Shown: positions 15,240 through 28,793, counted from the first letter of the stretch. The stretch is DNA of 64,000 nucleotides from Octopus sinensis (GCF_006345805.1 NC_042999.1:80724001-80788000); one strand, 5' to 3'. Notes: generated by a model from the letters alone, not told the origin. Translations and numbers: made by a program.

Positions 15240-15291
15240 ATGCTACTAATAGTTTCATGTTGTGAAATGCTCGAACATAATCATCAGGCAT
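15240..15291 (-). ncRNA. Minimal type I hammerhead ribozyme motif
   Basis: Minus strand AUGC-CUGAUGA-uu-AUGUU(12 nt)AACAU-GAAAC-UAUUA-GUA/GCAU; near-palindromic stem III. Confidence 0.65.
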
Positions 15292-15402
15292 ACAAGCATG
15301 CTATGATTTTTTTTGTGACTGATAAATATGTTTGAGATATTTCCCAACATAAGAATCTATTAGTAGCACTTAAAACTTATTTTATTTCTTTAAATAAATT
15401 AT

Positions 15403-15434
<32 letters not shown>

Positions 15435-15656
15435 GCATGTATGTATGCGTGTGTGATTACATATTTATGGAAATATATTGAAATATACTAATTAAGCAAA
15501 GAATGTGGTAGCGCTCTATTTATATCATGGATTAAATTATTTAATTTGCAAGCACATTTTTTCTCATACTCATATCAAATTTTAGTCGTACGAGTTTTAA
15601 GTGCGTGGAATCTGAATATCGAAATAACACGCTTTAGATATTTTGCTGTATGCATT

Positions 15657-15860
15657 AGGCTGCGAGTTGGCACAATCTTTAGCATGTCGGAGAAAATGCT
15701 TCGCGGCTTTTCTTATGTCCGTGTTCAAATTCTGTCGATGTTGTCTCTAATAATTTCGTGGCAGATAAATTAAGTACCAGTTAAACATTGAGGTCCATGC
15801 AATCGGTTTTCCCCATCCCACAACGTTTCTGGCCTTGCACCAACGTTTCAAATCAATATT
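15657..15860 (+). mobile_element. Family B SINE (decayed)
   Basis: Head GGCTGCGAGTTGGCACAATC, B-box GTTCAAATTC, GATAAATTAAGTACCAG. Confidence 0.7.
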
Positions 15861-16424
15861 TTGATCAGTGTGCATACAATCATACTTTTATGTTTGTAAC
15901 TGGCAATTACCACACTTCAATATTTCTTAAGTAATTGTTTCTTCTCTTTATTAAGTTACATTTTAATTGATGTCCTCTAGTCAAAACTATGACATATTAT
16001 ACGCCCAAATTCTTGTTTTTACTTCGTTAAATATTTCGTCATTCGCTTCGTATTAGAATTACCAACTTTTTTTTAAATAGAAAAATTAGTTATATAAGAG
16101 ACTTCTAATTCATTCCCACTAAAATATATTAATTTAATATTATGTATTTAATTTTATGTATAAATCTACACACTCATACACGTACATACACTCACAACCA
16201 CGCACACACTCACATATCTATTTCAATTTTATTTCATTTTGAATGTGCAAACAATTATAACTTGCGGCTGGTAAAATAATTTGATGTGTTCATTTTTATT
16301 CATATTATCTCTTTTCATAACAGTATCCGTATATTTCTCCGTGTTGTGATCTTGATACATTAACTCTGTCAGTCTCCTGATGCCTTTTCACTCCTTCCAC
16401 GGCTGTGTGGTAAGAAATCCGCTT

Positions 16425-16775
16425 CCCAACCTGCATTGAAAAACTGTGCGGCTTTGATTCCTAGGTTATTGCAGTACCTGGTTCTGAATTTAGATAGAGT
16501 GGATAGTTCATTCGGTACAGTAAATTGGCGGCCAGTACTGTCATTTGCAAACACTCACAGCGAACATTAGGCACTAATCCTTCTAGTGTTTTCCATGTGT
16601 AGATAGTTACATATCTGTCGCACCCGTACTCCAGTCCCACTCTGTAGCTCATGCGCTGCAATCTTTCAACATTTCTAGTGTAGTGGTGACCATAAATGGG
16701 AGCTAAGTAACTCCCATATAACTCTGAAACAAGGTGGGAAAAATAGAACTCCAATACTGGAGGAAGATTTATATG
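16425..16775 (-). mobile_element. CR1/L2-like LINE, 3' fragment
   Basis: ERLQR...RYVTIYTWKTLEGLVPN and GRQFTVP...KFRTRYCNNLG..AAQFFN resemble a CR1-type ORF2 C-terminus. Confidence 0.75.
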
Positions 16776-17537
16776 CTTTATTATAATTAAAACTGCAAAA
16801 ATATCTTTAAAATATCACAATAAACTGCTACTCAATGTTTGCATTTTAAAAGAAAAATGGGGAAAAAGAGAGACAAAAGCAAAGGGGGATAAACGATGCA
16901 CAGAGGGAGAGAGACTTCAGGACAATCAAGAAAGGGAACAAAAATAATAAAAGATGGAGGAAAGGATAGATAGATAGATACATAGACCGATAGATAAATA
17001 GATAAATAGGTATATAGATGTTTGATTAAATATACATAAAGAATAGATTGAATTATAAACAGTACCAAATTATTTTTTCATATTCTGACTTTATTTTCCT
17101 AATTTATGAACGTTGTGCTAAAATTTAATGTTTGTTCATGCAAAATATGGAATCACACAGAATATGGAGCTTGACTATACAATTGTAAAGGAATATAAAT
17201 GTTTCATAGGACTTAAAACTTTGTACACTTTTATATTTTTCAGAGAATATCGTACCCACCCGCCTTTCCTATCCTACTTCCTAAAACTGACATTTTGTAA
17301 GGTCATCAGCCCATGTGAGAAATGTGTTTATTTACAAATATGTTGATAGATATACAATGGGAAGAAAAAAGAAAGGAGAAGAAAATTGCTTTGTAATGAA
17401 ATTTCAATGGTTTGACTGCATCAAATTGAAAAGAAGCCCCACCTCTCTCTAACTATCTATTCTTCCATCTATCACTCTCTCTCTATCTATCCATCTACCT
17501 ATCTGCATGGTTGCCTGTCTGGCTGCCTGTATATCTA

Positions 17538-18683
17538 TTAGATCGTCAAGTATGAAATTTGTAGAAAAAAAAAGTTTGCTAATATTTTATAACTACAAGG
17601 AATAGTTTTATTCATCAAAGTATGCACACATATTCTCAATACACTTTTGTCATTTCACGGTATTCTGTCCAGCCTGGGGATGCTTTATCTGGTGTTGTCT
17701 TGCAATAAAATAGGAATAGATGTGTTGACTAATCTAGGCTGGGTTATTTTTTTTGTAAGTTTATGCATCATTTTGACCAGTTGGCTGCAGTATACTTTGG
17801 CCGTGTTTGATGAGCCAGGTTTAATGAAATCATAATGGATCACACCTACGCCAGACCACCAAACACACCATCAGCTTCTTTTGATGATTTTTGCGTTTTG
17901 CACTGTGTTTTGGTGGCTCATCTTTGTCCAACCATTGTGCTGAACGGTTATGGTTGTTGCACGTACTGGATCCATTTCTCAGCACATTACAATTCGATTA
18001 AAATACGATTCAATTTGGTGACGAGAAAGTAGCATAATGGACGCTTCCAAACATTGCTGTTTATATTTTTAATTGAGTTCATGTGGAACCCATTTATCCA
18101 GCTTTTTCCCTTTACCGATATGAAGTAGGTGAATCAGTATTGTTTGCTTGCCAACACCAAACAACAACGGTAATTCACGGGTACTTTGAAATGGAACTGA
18201 CGCAATGGTGGCTTTCAGTTCGTCGAACTAGGTAAGTCAGTATTGTTTGCTTGCAAACAACGACGATATTTCACAGGCACTTTGAGATGGAACTGACTCG
18301 ACGGTGGCTTTCAGTTCGTCATTATCCACCATTGCTCTTTTGTGAAGTCAAAGTTACCGGAACGAAATTTTACAAACCTATTTGATACTGTCGGCTGTGT
18401 AATAACAGAATGAAATGCTCCATGAATATTCCGAACTGTCTGTGATGCTGTATTTCCAAGAAAGAACTCTGTACGAATTTCCGACTTATCCATCTATAAA
18501 TGAAAATAGCAAAAACGATCTGTAAATACTTTATAGTGCGCAAAATGATTTAGAATAAAGAAATAGATTTGTCGGCTTTCAGATTGTTAAAAAATACAGA
18601 TTGTCAAAATATAATAATGGGGCAAAATGAGCAGCTGTCAAAGTTTATCATGTACCTTACTACAAATTTCATGCTTGCCCTAA
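17538..18683 (-). mobile_element. Mariner transposon relic with TIRs and TA flanks
   Basis: MDKSEIR...KFRSGNF HTH, KLDKWVPHEL, RSAQWLDKDEPPKH, IHYDFIKPG, ILLQDN; imperfect TIRs 17538-17564 and 18660-18683, each flanked by TA. Confidence 0.9.
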
Positions 18684-19017
18684 TATCTGTCTGTCTATTC
18701 TTTTCTCTTCCTTTCTTATTTTTTCACTTTTTCTTGATTTTCTTGAAATTTCTATTTCCACCTCTTTGCTTGTTTCTCTCTTTCCACCTTTTACAGAAAA
18801 AAAATTCTTCTTTTCTAAACAAAGCAAAGATGCATCCGATTCATATATATATGAACAACGAAACGTTCTGCTTTTTTTTTCTGTTTTAATTTCGATTTTG
18901 TCTTGAGTTCCATAAACGAATGAAAGCGCTAATAAAAAGGTATCCAAAATTCTGACTCTTTTATCTGTGCTTGTCCCACATCACTGTTTTGGGAATTGTT
19001 GCTTGTGAATTTATATC

Positions 19018-19170
19018 CACGTAACTTAACGGTTCCTGGAAAGAGACCGATAGAATATGTACAAGATATTAAAAATATAAGTACTGTGGTCGATTCATTC
19101 GACTAAATATGCTTGAAGGTGAAGCTTTAGCACGATCGCTGTCTAATTCCTGAAACAAGTAAAATATAGA
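19018..19170 (+). mobile_element. Family A SINE, 3' fragment
   Basis: GTAACTTAACGGTTC...GAGACCGATAGAAT...GTCGATTCATTCGACTAAA...GAAACAAGTAA. Confidence 0.7.
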
Positions 19171-20769
19171 ATATGTAAGAGTGAGCAATAAAACCACCGG
19201 GAGTGAGGAACCCAAAGACATTGTTACTGCATCGTTCTATGAGAGGGAAACTCTTGCAGAAAAACCCAGCTGTTTCACGAGATAACTGATCATCTCGCTT
19301 CAGCCTATCACCACGTGCTAATCACAGAGACTCAGGGAGTGGTTCCCGTGGTTTACAGTCAATTATCACTATATTCCACTGAAGTACTGATATGTCTCTT
19401 TATGCTGACTTCTTTTGCCATTTCCTCTTTTGAAAATACTACGGCAATGGAAGAATGGGAACATGTGCAGATCAGTTAGAATTACACAGTAATTTACAAC
19501 ACCCACTTGCACGCATGCTTCAAACTATGCATATTTTGCAGGCTATTGATAACAAAGAAACACAAGGAGACGATAGTAATCTGTGAAGATGGAGTAATAA
19601 GCTATTAATATAAAGATTTGTGCCTTGGATCTTTGGGCAAGTGTCTTCATTTCATGTTGTCCTAATCCACATAGATTGAAATGAATAGAAGCTTAGTGCT
19701 AGTGCTAGAGAGAGCTTTTGTTCCTTTAGCTGTATTAATCTACTACGTTCCGTTGCGACAAATCTTCCAAGGCTGGAGTGTTTTTATCACTGTTTGTGTC
19801 TATATAGGCACCAAAAGTAATTAACGAAAACAAGGTGCATACTATCTGTTCAACATTGTTTGTGCATAACTGCTAAATCATTCACATTTAAACTCTAGCT
19901 GTTTCATTTATCTCTCTCTGTCATTCCCTCAGAAAATCTTCTCTGGATAGAACCATTATTAATACAAATCGCTTTACACATATATAACCATTCTAAAACA
20001 TGCTTACTGATATACGCATTATACGCACCCAGAAACTGATAAAGGCGCTGCAAAATCACACACACGCACACTCTTACGAACACACATATATACTTACAAA
20101 TACATGCAAACATATATACATCCAAACATACAAGTGAGTAAGAGTGCGTGTTTATAACAGATATGCGCATACAAAACTGCTCAGCCTACGTTTATTAGGA
20201 AAACGCCACTTCTACGGACATAAATTTAACTACGGTGTGTGTATAAAAACATTGTAATCTTGAGAGACAAAAATATTAACATTACACTCGTAAGACAATC
20301 ATACGAACATGGGTTCAAGCGCATACACATAAAATAATCGTCACACAAACACCTGGATAGAAAAACATAATAAAATAGGAAAAAGTGGTTTTCAAATTGA
20401 GATTTTTTTGTAAATAATAATCAAAACTAAAAATCATTAGAAATAATGCAGAACTTAATGATAGCAACGTTTTACATCATTTCCTTTCTTTCTCTATCGC
20501 ATTTTCTGTCTTTTCTACCACTTTTCCTTGTTTTTTTTGCAATATCTATTTTTCTTCTGACGTCCGTATTTTTTAAAACACTTTTGGTTTTATTTGTCTT
20601 GTTATTTTGGTTTTTATTTGTCTTGTTATTATGCAATTAGATATAGAACCTGTGGCAAATGAAATTTAAGTGTTTCGATAATGGTGAGAAAAATAAGAGA
20701 AAAATGTAATAAAAATAATTGATGTTAATAATAATGATAATTATGGTATTACGGTAATGTTGTTGTTGA

Positions 20770-20812
<43 letters not shown>

Positions 20813-21164
20813 GTATTTGCTAGAAGACAATGGAAGCAGAGATATTGCAAAGACAATTTTCAATATAACGACAACAGCATCGACACAAAAACTCCACCAC
20901 TGTACATTATTGTATTGAATAATGTTTTCTATACAACAGAATACGTTGTCAGGTTACATACAAATTTGAGTAAACTGTAAAATGAAAGAAACAAAAGTTA
21001 AGGTTATGTTTCTGTATATGTATTGAAACATCCAAGAGTGGCTCGTAGAACTCCCATAGAAATATAGGCTCTCTGATCAATAGAGCAATTCCCTCAAAAT
21101 ATATATCTACTTCTGTTTACAGGTGCCTACTCAGAAGAGACACTTTCACACGAACCTTCCTTCC

Positions 21165-22070
21165 TAATCACATCCTACTTTCAGGAATTCTGCTGTAAGG
21201 TAGCAATTCTTTCTCTCCTCGAACCGAACTTTTCAAGTGAAACTTGAAAACATTGATGAGGTGATGGCCGAAGAGGGAAACGCATGACTCTAACACTTTC
21301 AGTCTATTACACAGGCGTTTTTCACATAGACAACGGAGCAGACAAAAAGTACTGACAGTCATTTTCATCTAACAGGTGGGGAAGACGGTCTTAAAAATCA
21401 ACACAGCTGATATCCAGATGCACCCTACAGGTAGCTGCAGCTGTTCGGCGCAACTCCATAAATCAGCAACGCTCGAGCACGGAAACAGTGCGTGCAGTTT
21501 CCTGAGTGCATAGATCTCGGACAAATCAGACCAACAACGCTTCCATGCCTGTAGAGTTTAGCTGACATCATTGATACTTCCAGGTCAAAAATTTCTAGAT
21601 ATTCTCTATATCTATATGGTTCGAAAATCTTCTGGAACAGACCAGCCAGTTGATTTTCATCGACGTCTAGAGTAACTCAAGAACTTCATCATTCTTGCCT
21701 GACACTGAATCTCAAAATAACTTTTATGTGGAACTTCCATCGACCTTAATGGTCGAATGGCAGAGAATTGCGAGCACCTAAAAAAAAAACCCTCTAGGTG
21801 TTAGATTATAAACAGGCTGACTTTTCTTGGTTCATTTTTATGATGTCACAACTTTGTATAGCCCCTTATTCATTCCTTTTCAGACACTATGACAGTGATA
21901 TCACCACGTTTCTATATCCTGTCATGCATGAAATGTCCCACAAAGGCTCTAATTTCCGTAGTAATGATCCCGAGGATTTCTACATGCAGAAGAGACGAAT
22001 GTGGATAATCTCGACAGACTGAAGGCATTATACAGAATGATCTAAGTGGGCCATTCACACAAACCGATGT
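21165..22070 (-). mobile_element. Old, internally deleted Tx1/L1-like LINE fragment
   Basis: DITVIVS, KMNQEKS, KLYRHGS..ICPR, LINVFKFHLK are colinear with the element at 29000-30974. Confidence 0.8.
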
Positions 22071-22429
22071 ATAATGTGGCATGAAAATAGAATGTCACTG
22101 TACATTGTGATATTAAACTACAGAATTAGATTTCAACAGAGCTCATTCCACGTTCTTAATCCTCTCCCTCTTTATCTTCCTTTACCCTTCTCTATCCTCC
22201 TTCTCCCTCTCTCCCCTTTCCCGTCTTATCTCCTCCTTCCCCTCTCCTTATCTCCTTCTTCCCTGGAAAGCTAAAACCCTTCTCCATTTATGTGGCCATA
22301 TTGTTTTTTTAAAAATTAATATAAGACATTTTGACTCCAAAAATAATTCAAATTGTACCCAAATGAACAAAAATAATCAGACACAACTATTCTAAGGATA
22401 TAATGGACGTTATCCGAAGAAAATGATAT

Positions 22430-22680
22430 AACAAAAACTAGTAAAATTCAACAACTAACGAGAGCCAAACTTATATTTTGCTCATAGATATATCAATTAC
22501 AGCAAGCAATAAAACTTCTGCAAAATCACTTGAAATGTTAAGTAAATACTAGAATCTCGAAATAGAGACCTCAAAAATTTGGTATCTATGAACAATGACT
22601 GTACATGTGATCCTCGGAGCTCTGGGGATAATAAATAATGGTTCTCTTAAACAATATGGCCAAATACCCGGAAAGTAAAA
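22430..22680 (+). mobile_element. Diverged R4/Dong-like endonuclease fragment
   Basis: LLIDISI...EMLSKY.NLEIE...VILGALGII matches 47010-47200. Confidence 0.7.
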
Positions 22681-22978
22681 AAAAAGTAAGAACTACGACA
22701 AATAATTGTGATGGCTACTGCCCACATCCTATGAAAAATAATAATTTACCTGGAAAATACACGATTCTCTTAATACTCTTGCAATTTGCAATAATTCCAA
22801 TTGAAATATTACACCATTGAACAGTGTCTTAGCTTTGAGATTCTGGTCCCCTTTCCCACTAAATATCATTGCTAATCATAAATATAACTCACCTTGCTAT
22901 TATTAAGTCCGATTTCCTGCTATTCGAGGCCTCTAGGTGAGACTTGGAAAAGCTCGTATGAAACAAAGCCACAACGAC

Positions 22979-23517
22979 ATGCAGTACCAGGCAGTGGCTC
23001 TCATGGCTTTTGATCTTAACTGATTGGAAGTGTTATCATGTACATTGTTTTGTCTTGGTATAAAAGATGGGCTGCAGCAAATATTCTGCTCAATACCACA
23101 GATTTGCTTTTCAGGTGTTTGGCCTTAACCAGTTGAGCATGTCCCTTGGTGGCTAACGATATGTGTATCTCTGATCACGAGTAAAAGTAGTGGGAGAGCA
23201 CCATTGCCATGTGTTGAGAGGAGTTCTTTGGAGTTTGGATAATTCACTCCTGGAAACATGAGTGTTTCAGTGAACATCCTTCGACAAACCGCATTCAAGG
23301 ACCATTTGAGTGGAATGAGCCGCTCTAGACCTGTAGAAAATTGTAACTGGGCCCCATCTGCAAGGTCATGCGCTGTTTATCTTCATATTAGATCACCGTG
23401 TCACGCACATATGGTCGTGATGCATGTGCCTGGTGTACCCTTATCAGACGGGTATACATGATGGGTATACTGGGTTTCGTATATGTCACTTTGATGGAAT
23501 ACTCTACTCTATCACTC
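22979..23517. repeat. ~555-bp unclassified (AAT)n-anchored interspersed repeat, copy 1
   Basis: Aligns with 25071-25627; followed by (AAT)n. Confidence 0.9.
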
Positions 23518-23571
<54 letters not shown>

Positions 23572-24434
23572 CCTTTCCCTTATAAGCACAAGGCCTGAAA
23601 TTTGTACCCATTACTTATGTTCCAAGGATAGTCATACACTATAACTTTTTGCCTAGAGCCCTAGCGTAAATGAACAGACCGGGAAAAAAATTGGAAGGAA
23701 ATAGTATATTGTATGTTGGGTCCAAAAGATTGTATATTGGCATTAGAGAATATTTTTTTGATTTATTATTTATTTATATGTTCTAATTGTGTATTATTAC
23801 TTGGTTAGAAAATATAAAAGTTAAAGGATATTATCTATTTTTTTGACTGTCCACCTCTCATTATATATTATATGTTGTAATTGTGTATAATTACTTGGTT
23901 AGAGAGTATTATAAAAGTGAAAGGATTTTGTCAATTTATTTATTTCGTCTGTTCATCTGCCACTTTGTTTAAATTGAATAGGAACACTGTACGTGATGAA
24001 TATCCAATACCAAACAATATTAATCTCCATACTTCTGAGCGACAAAATAACTCCCTTTTCTGTTAGACAAAATGAACTCGCAAAGGGGAAATTTCAACAT
24101 CTTCCCTTAATATCCTTACACCATTTATGTGGCTGTTTCTGACAAAAAATGTCACTTTCATGTAAAACAAATATATTTTGTCATTATCTACAGCGGTGGT
24201 ACTTTGCATCGCTTGCAAACTTATGTTCTACGATTATTAAAGTACAACTACCTCCACAACCATCAGCTTCAATTTGGTTTTCTGTTCCTAGGTTAATCAG
24301 AAACATAAATTGCCATGCTACTCATAAATCTTCTCGTTAGTTCAATCATTTGGTAAACGAAATACCACTAAAGCAATTTAAACCGTCCAAGGGACGGGTA
24401 CGTTTCCTAGCAATAATAATAATTATAATTATAA

Positions 24435-24648
24435 TCCTTCCTTCTATAGGTACAAGGTCTGCAATTACTTGCGTGGGGTCTAGTCTATTACATCGACGCC
24501 AGCGTTTCACTGTTACCGAATTTATCGACTCCGAGGATGAAAGGCAAAGTTGACTTCGGCGGAATTTGAACTCAGAACATAGCGGCAGACGAAATACCGC
24601 TAAGCATTTCATCCAGCGTGCTAACGATTCTGCCAGCTCACCGCCTTT
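24435..24648 (-). mobile_element. Family B SINE between (AAT)n tracts
   Basis: Reverse-complement head and B-box (GGAATTTGAACTC). Confidence 0.85.
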
Positions 24649-24649
24649 A

Positions 24650-24785
<136 letters not shown>

Positions 24786-24796
24786 GAAAACAAACC

Positions 24797-25007
24797 GGGA
24801 TGTGTTACTCGACACGAAGAAAAATGTATTTGGGCCCCATCTGCAAGGTCATGAACTATTTACCGTGATATGTGATCCCCATGTCACGCACAGTTGTGAT
24901 TCATGTGCCTGGCGTACTCTTATCGAGCGGTTAGTCATGATGGATATACTGGGATTCGTATACTTTACCCAAGTGTCACTTCGATAGCATGCAATGCTCT
25001 ATCACTC
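24797..25007. repeat. ~555-bp repeat, right-hand part only (copy 2)
   Basis: Aligns with 25414-25627. Confidence 0.85.
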
Positions 25008-25008
25008 A

Positions 25009-25070
<62 letters not shown>

Positions 25071-25074
<4 letters not shown>

Positions 25075-25627
25075 GCCCTGATGCAGTACCAGGCAGTGGC
25101 TCTCATGGCTTCTGATCTTAACTGATTGGAAGTGTTATCATGTACATTGTTTTGTCTTGGCATAAAAGATGGGCTACAGCAAATATCCTGCTCAATACCA
25201 CAGATTTGCTTGTCAGTTGTTTGACCTTAACCAGTTGAGCATGTCCCTTAGTGGCTGACGATATGTGCATCTCTGATCACGAGCAGAAGTAGTGGGGGAG
25301 CATCATAGCCATGTGTTGAGAGGGATTCTTTGGAGTTTGAATAGTTCACCTCTGGAAACATGGGTGGTTCTTTCAACATCCTTAAACAACCCTTATTCAG
25401 GGACCGTTTGAGCGGGATGGGCTACTCAACTGAAGAAAATTCTAACTGGGCCCCACCTGCAAGCTCATGTGCTGTTTATCTTGATATGAGATCACCATGT
25501 CGCGCACATATGGTTGTGATGCATGTGCCTGGTGTACCTTTATCAGACGGTTAGTCATGATGGGTATATTGGGCTTCGTATATTTTACCCCAGTGTCACT
25601 TTGATGGCATGAACTGCTCTCTCACTC
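25071..25627. repeat. ~555-bp repeat, full copy (copy 3) flanked by (AAT)n on both sides
   Basis: AAATGCCCTGATGCAGTACC...CTCTCTCACTC; no recognisable coding motifs. Confidence 0.9.
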
Positions 25628-25639
25628 AATGATAATAAC

Positions 25640-25689
<50 letters not shown>

Positions 25690-25727
25690 TAATAATAAAA
25701 ATAATAATAAATGATAATGATAATAAT

Positions 25728-25797
<70 letters not shown>

Positions 25798-26194
25798 TAG
25801 CAATAACAGCAGCATTTCAGCAAAGGAGGTAAAATCTTTTCGAAATAGTCATGTGTTGCTATGGACAAGATAATATTTCGAATATTATACGAGCGCTACG
25901 TGGTATGAAGAAGTGTATAAGAAAATCATGCTACTACATGTCTGAGCACAGTTTTTAATGCCATGTATGCCATAAGGTCTTCAAATCTAATGAAAGCCTC
26001 AAATATAGTGTAAGATCCACAAAGATCAGAACTTCACTGCAGTTCTTGGTGGTCCAAATCGGATATGCAATGTATGTGGGTGTCTTTTTAAAACATTGTC
26101 TGATTTAAAATAATCGACATCAGACGCAATGGCGGATCTAAGGTGTCGGTACAGGAGGTGGTCAGACTCTGCATAAGAAGAATATATATATATA

Positions 26195-26520
26195 TAATTA
26201 ATAATATCAGGGTAATAAAAATTATAGAAATTTCTACTACCAGTGGCCTAGCGTAAAAAATATTAGTCAATAGACTATATATTATTCATATAAAATACAG
26301 TGTACATTAAAACACATTAAGTTACTTCGATCCCAGGAACAATTACGCTAGAATGAACAGTTCAAGTCCAAACCACTAATTAGGGATAAATTCTTGAAGG
26401 GAATGAAAAATAAAAACATTTACTATCTAATTCCTGGACCATGGTTTCTGACATATTTTAGTAAATAAGAATTATAATAATTATAATAGCTCCAGTATTG
26501 CTAGAAATAAGAGCCAAAAC
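26195..26520 (-). repeat. Diverged monomer related to the 488-bp HHR array unit
   Basis: Colinear blocks CCAG(T/C)GGCCTAG, TAGTCA.TAGAC, CTAGAA..AACAG, AAAACATTTAC, and GAAAC-CAUG-GUC on the minus strand; starts at a short (AT)n. Confidence 0.65.
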
Positions 26521-26683
26521 AATAGTGACAAAAGCACTATCTGAATGACTGACGAGAGAGGCAAGCTCCGTACGGCAGTAGATATAGCCAGAACATCGAT
26601 GGTTTCGCATGTTGTTCCTCGTACAATTTCAACGGAAATCTAATAAAGTGATAAGGTGAGCAGAGTCTAGCCCTAGGCGCGTT

Positions 26684-26749
26684 GATTGCCGCTGATGACA
26701 ATTAAGATGCGTAGACATCAAAATGCGAAATCATCGATGATCTGACTAT
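26684..26749 (+). ncRNA. Type I hammerhead ribozyme motif, partly decayed
   Basis: CUGAUGA-caAUUaaGAUG(CGUAGA)CAUCaaAAUgc-GAA-AUCAUCGAUGAU-C; perfect 12-nt palindromic stem III; imperfect stems I and II. Confidence 0.55.
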
Positions 26750-27699
26750 ATGTGTTTCAGTAAGGAGAGTGCCTCATTTGTCATTTATTAAGATATGGTA
26801 TCTGTGGCTATTGAGTAATTTTGACTCTTATTTCTAGCAATAATGTCTTTGATTAGTACTCTTTGTAATTTTAGTGACATATATTTCTGCCTGACACTGA
26901 TTTTCAGGCATACGTGTACTACCTAGAGATTTATGCCTCGAAACACCTTTAGATATGTACATTTGAATTTGAAAGCTGACACTCAAAACATCTTAGCAAA
27001 CAGCAATGTTGACAATGATTGTTTTATCAGAAAGTTATTGTTGATGGTGATTAGCCAAAGTTCGAACTTGCATCACTTTATTTACGCATAGCCTAGTTTG
27101 ATTTATATGAAAATTAGCTACTAATACAGATAGTACGAAGTAATATATAGACGTGCATTTGTTAGCAACAATTGGTTTTGGTGTGTGATTATTTATTCGT
27201 TTATTTGCTTCATTCTAGAAAAATATTTCTATTATAATTGCATTAGAAAACTAATACATTACAAATGCAAATATCAAATAAAGGAATTCAGCACAATCCA
27301 CAATCAGATTGCAATTAGAATATAAATACGAGATTTCATATTTTACTATCTATAAAATACTATACTGCTGAACAAAATAGAGTAATTGGGGAAAAAAAAA
27401 GGAGAATTATTTCGTTTCTGAAACGTTGCTAGAAACTTCTACAAACTACAGACGTGGCGGGCGTGAGGAGGGAGTTCGTGAGAAATGTTTCAAAATATGA
27501 TAGATGGGCAAAATGTGTCAAAAGAGCAAATAAATATTTATTTCAGTTCGTTCTCAGATTATAAATTATTTCGAGTTATTCTGTGCGTGACTGATGCATG
27601 CCAAAAAAAAACGAATCATTTATTAACATACATGTGCGCAGGCTTGAGAACGTCTATGTACGTGGATGCGTATATCGTAGATAGTGCATTGATTTGTGG

Positions 27700-27877
27700 T
27701 TATGTCTATAAAGTTATATATGTATGTATATATGTATGCATGTATGCATGCATGTATGTATGTACGTATGTATGAATGTATCTATCTATCTATGAATATA
27801 TGTATATATATATATTATATATATAAATATATATATATATATGTAGAAGTGTCAGTATGTGTGTTTATATATCTAAG

Positions 27878-27926
<49 letters not shown>

Positions 27927-28200
27927 TTTTTATTACAAAAATGTTGATACTGTAAGAGTTGTATGTATGTATACGTGTATGCATGTATTTATGTATGTAT
28001 GTATATATATCTATTTATCTGTCAATCTCTCTAACTCTCTATCTAACTAGCTATCTATATGCACATTCATATTTATATCCATGAGTGTGGAAATATTTGT
28101 GCGTGCATGTGCGCGCCTGCGAATTAGTATTTGTGTGTGTGTGTGTGTGTGTGCGCGCGCGCGTGTGTGTGTGTGTGAATATATGCATGTGTATATATCT
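27700..28200. repeat. Compound (TATG)n/(AT)n/(TG)n tract
   Basis: Directly visible. Confidence 0.9.
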
Positions 28201-28701
28201 CATAGATAATCGGTAACGTGATCACCCAACAAGCTATAAATAAGTTTTAAATTCCCTAAGCATGACTGTTCCTTATCTTACTCACACCTACATCGTTCAT
28301 ATGAGAGCACATAATGTCACAAATAATTTATATTAAACACTTGCTTGTTAATGAATAACAGGCAAGCGCTCGTATACTTAAAAGTGCCTGAGTTTATACA
28401 TATAACTATGCGTATAATGCGCTAGTATGCGCGTTTAGGTTTGTATGTGCGCTGTATGGGTTTTAGCGTAAATATTCGTGATTACATGTAGCTTATATGT
28501 ATGTTCGTATACCAAATAAAATTGTAGATACTCATCTGTATATTCATATACGGCGGTAATTATAGTTCCTTTCTATCTTTCTCTCTCTTTCTATATTTAT
28601 AGGGTATGTATGTGAGATTATATTCATGTATCCATCCATCCATCATCTATCTATCTATCTATCTATCTAGCTAGCTAGCTAGCTAGCTAGCTATCTATCG
28701 A

Positions 28702-28733
<32 letters not shown>

Positions 28734-28734
28734 A

Positions 28735-28793
<59 letters not shown>

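Noticed and set aside
23765-23942. ~100-bp diverged tandem duplication
   Set aside because: Real but featureless local duplication in AT-rich DNA.
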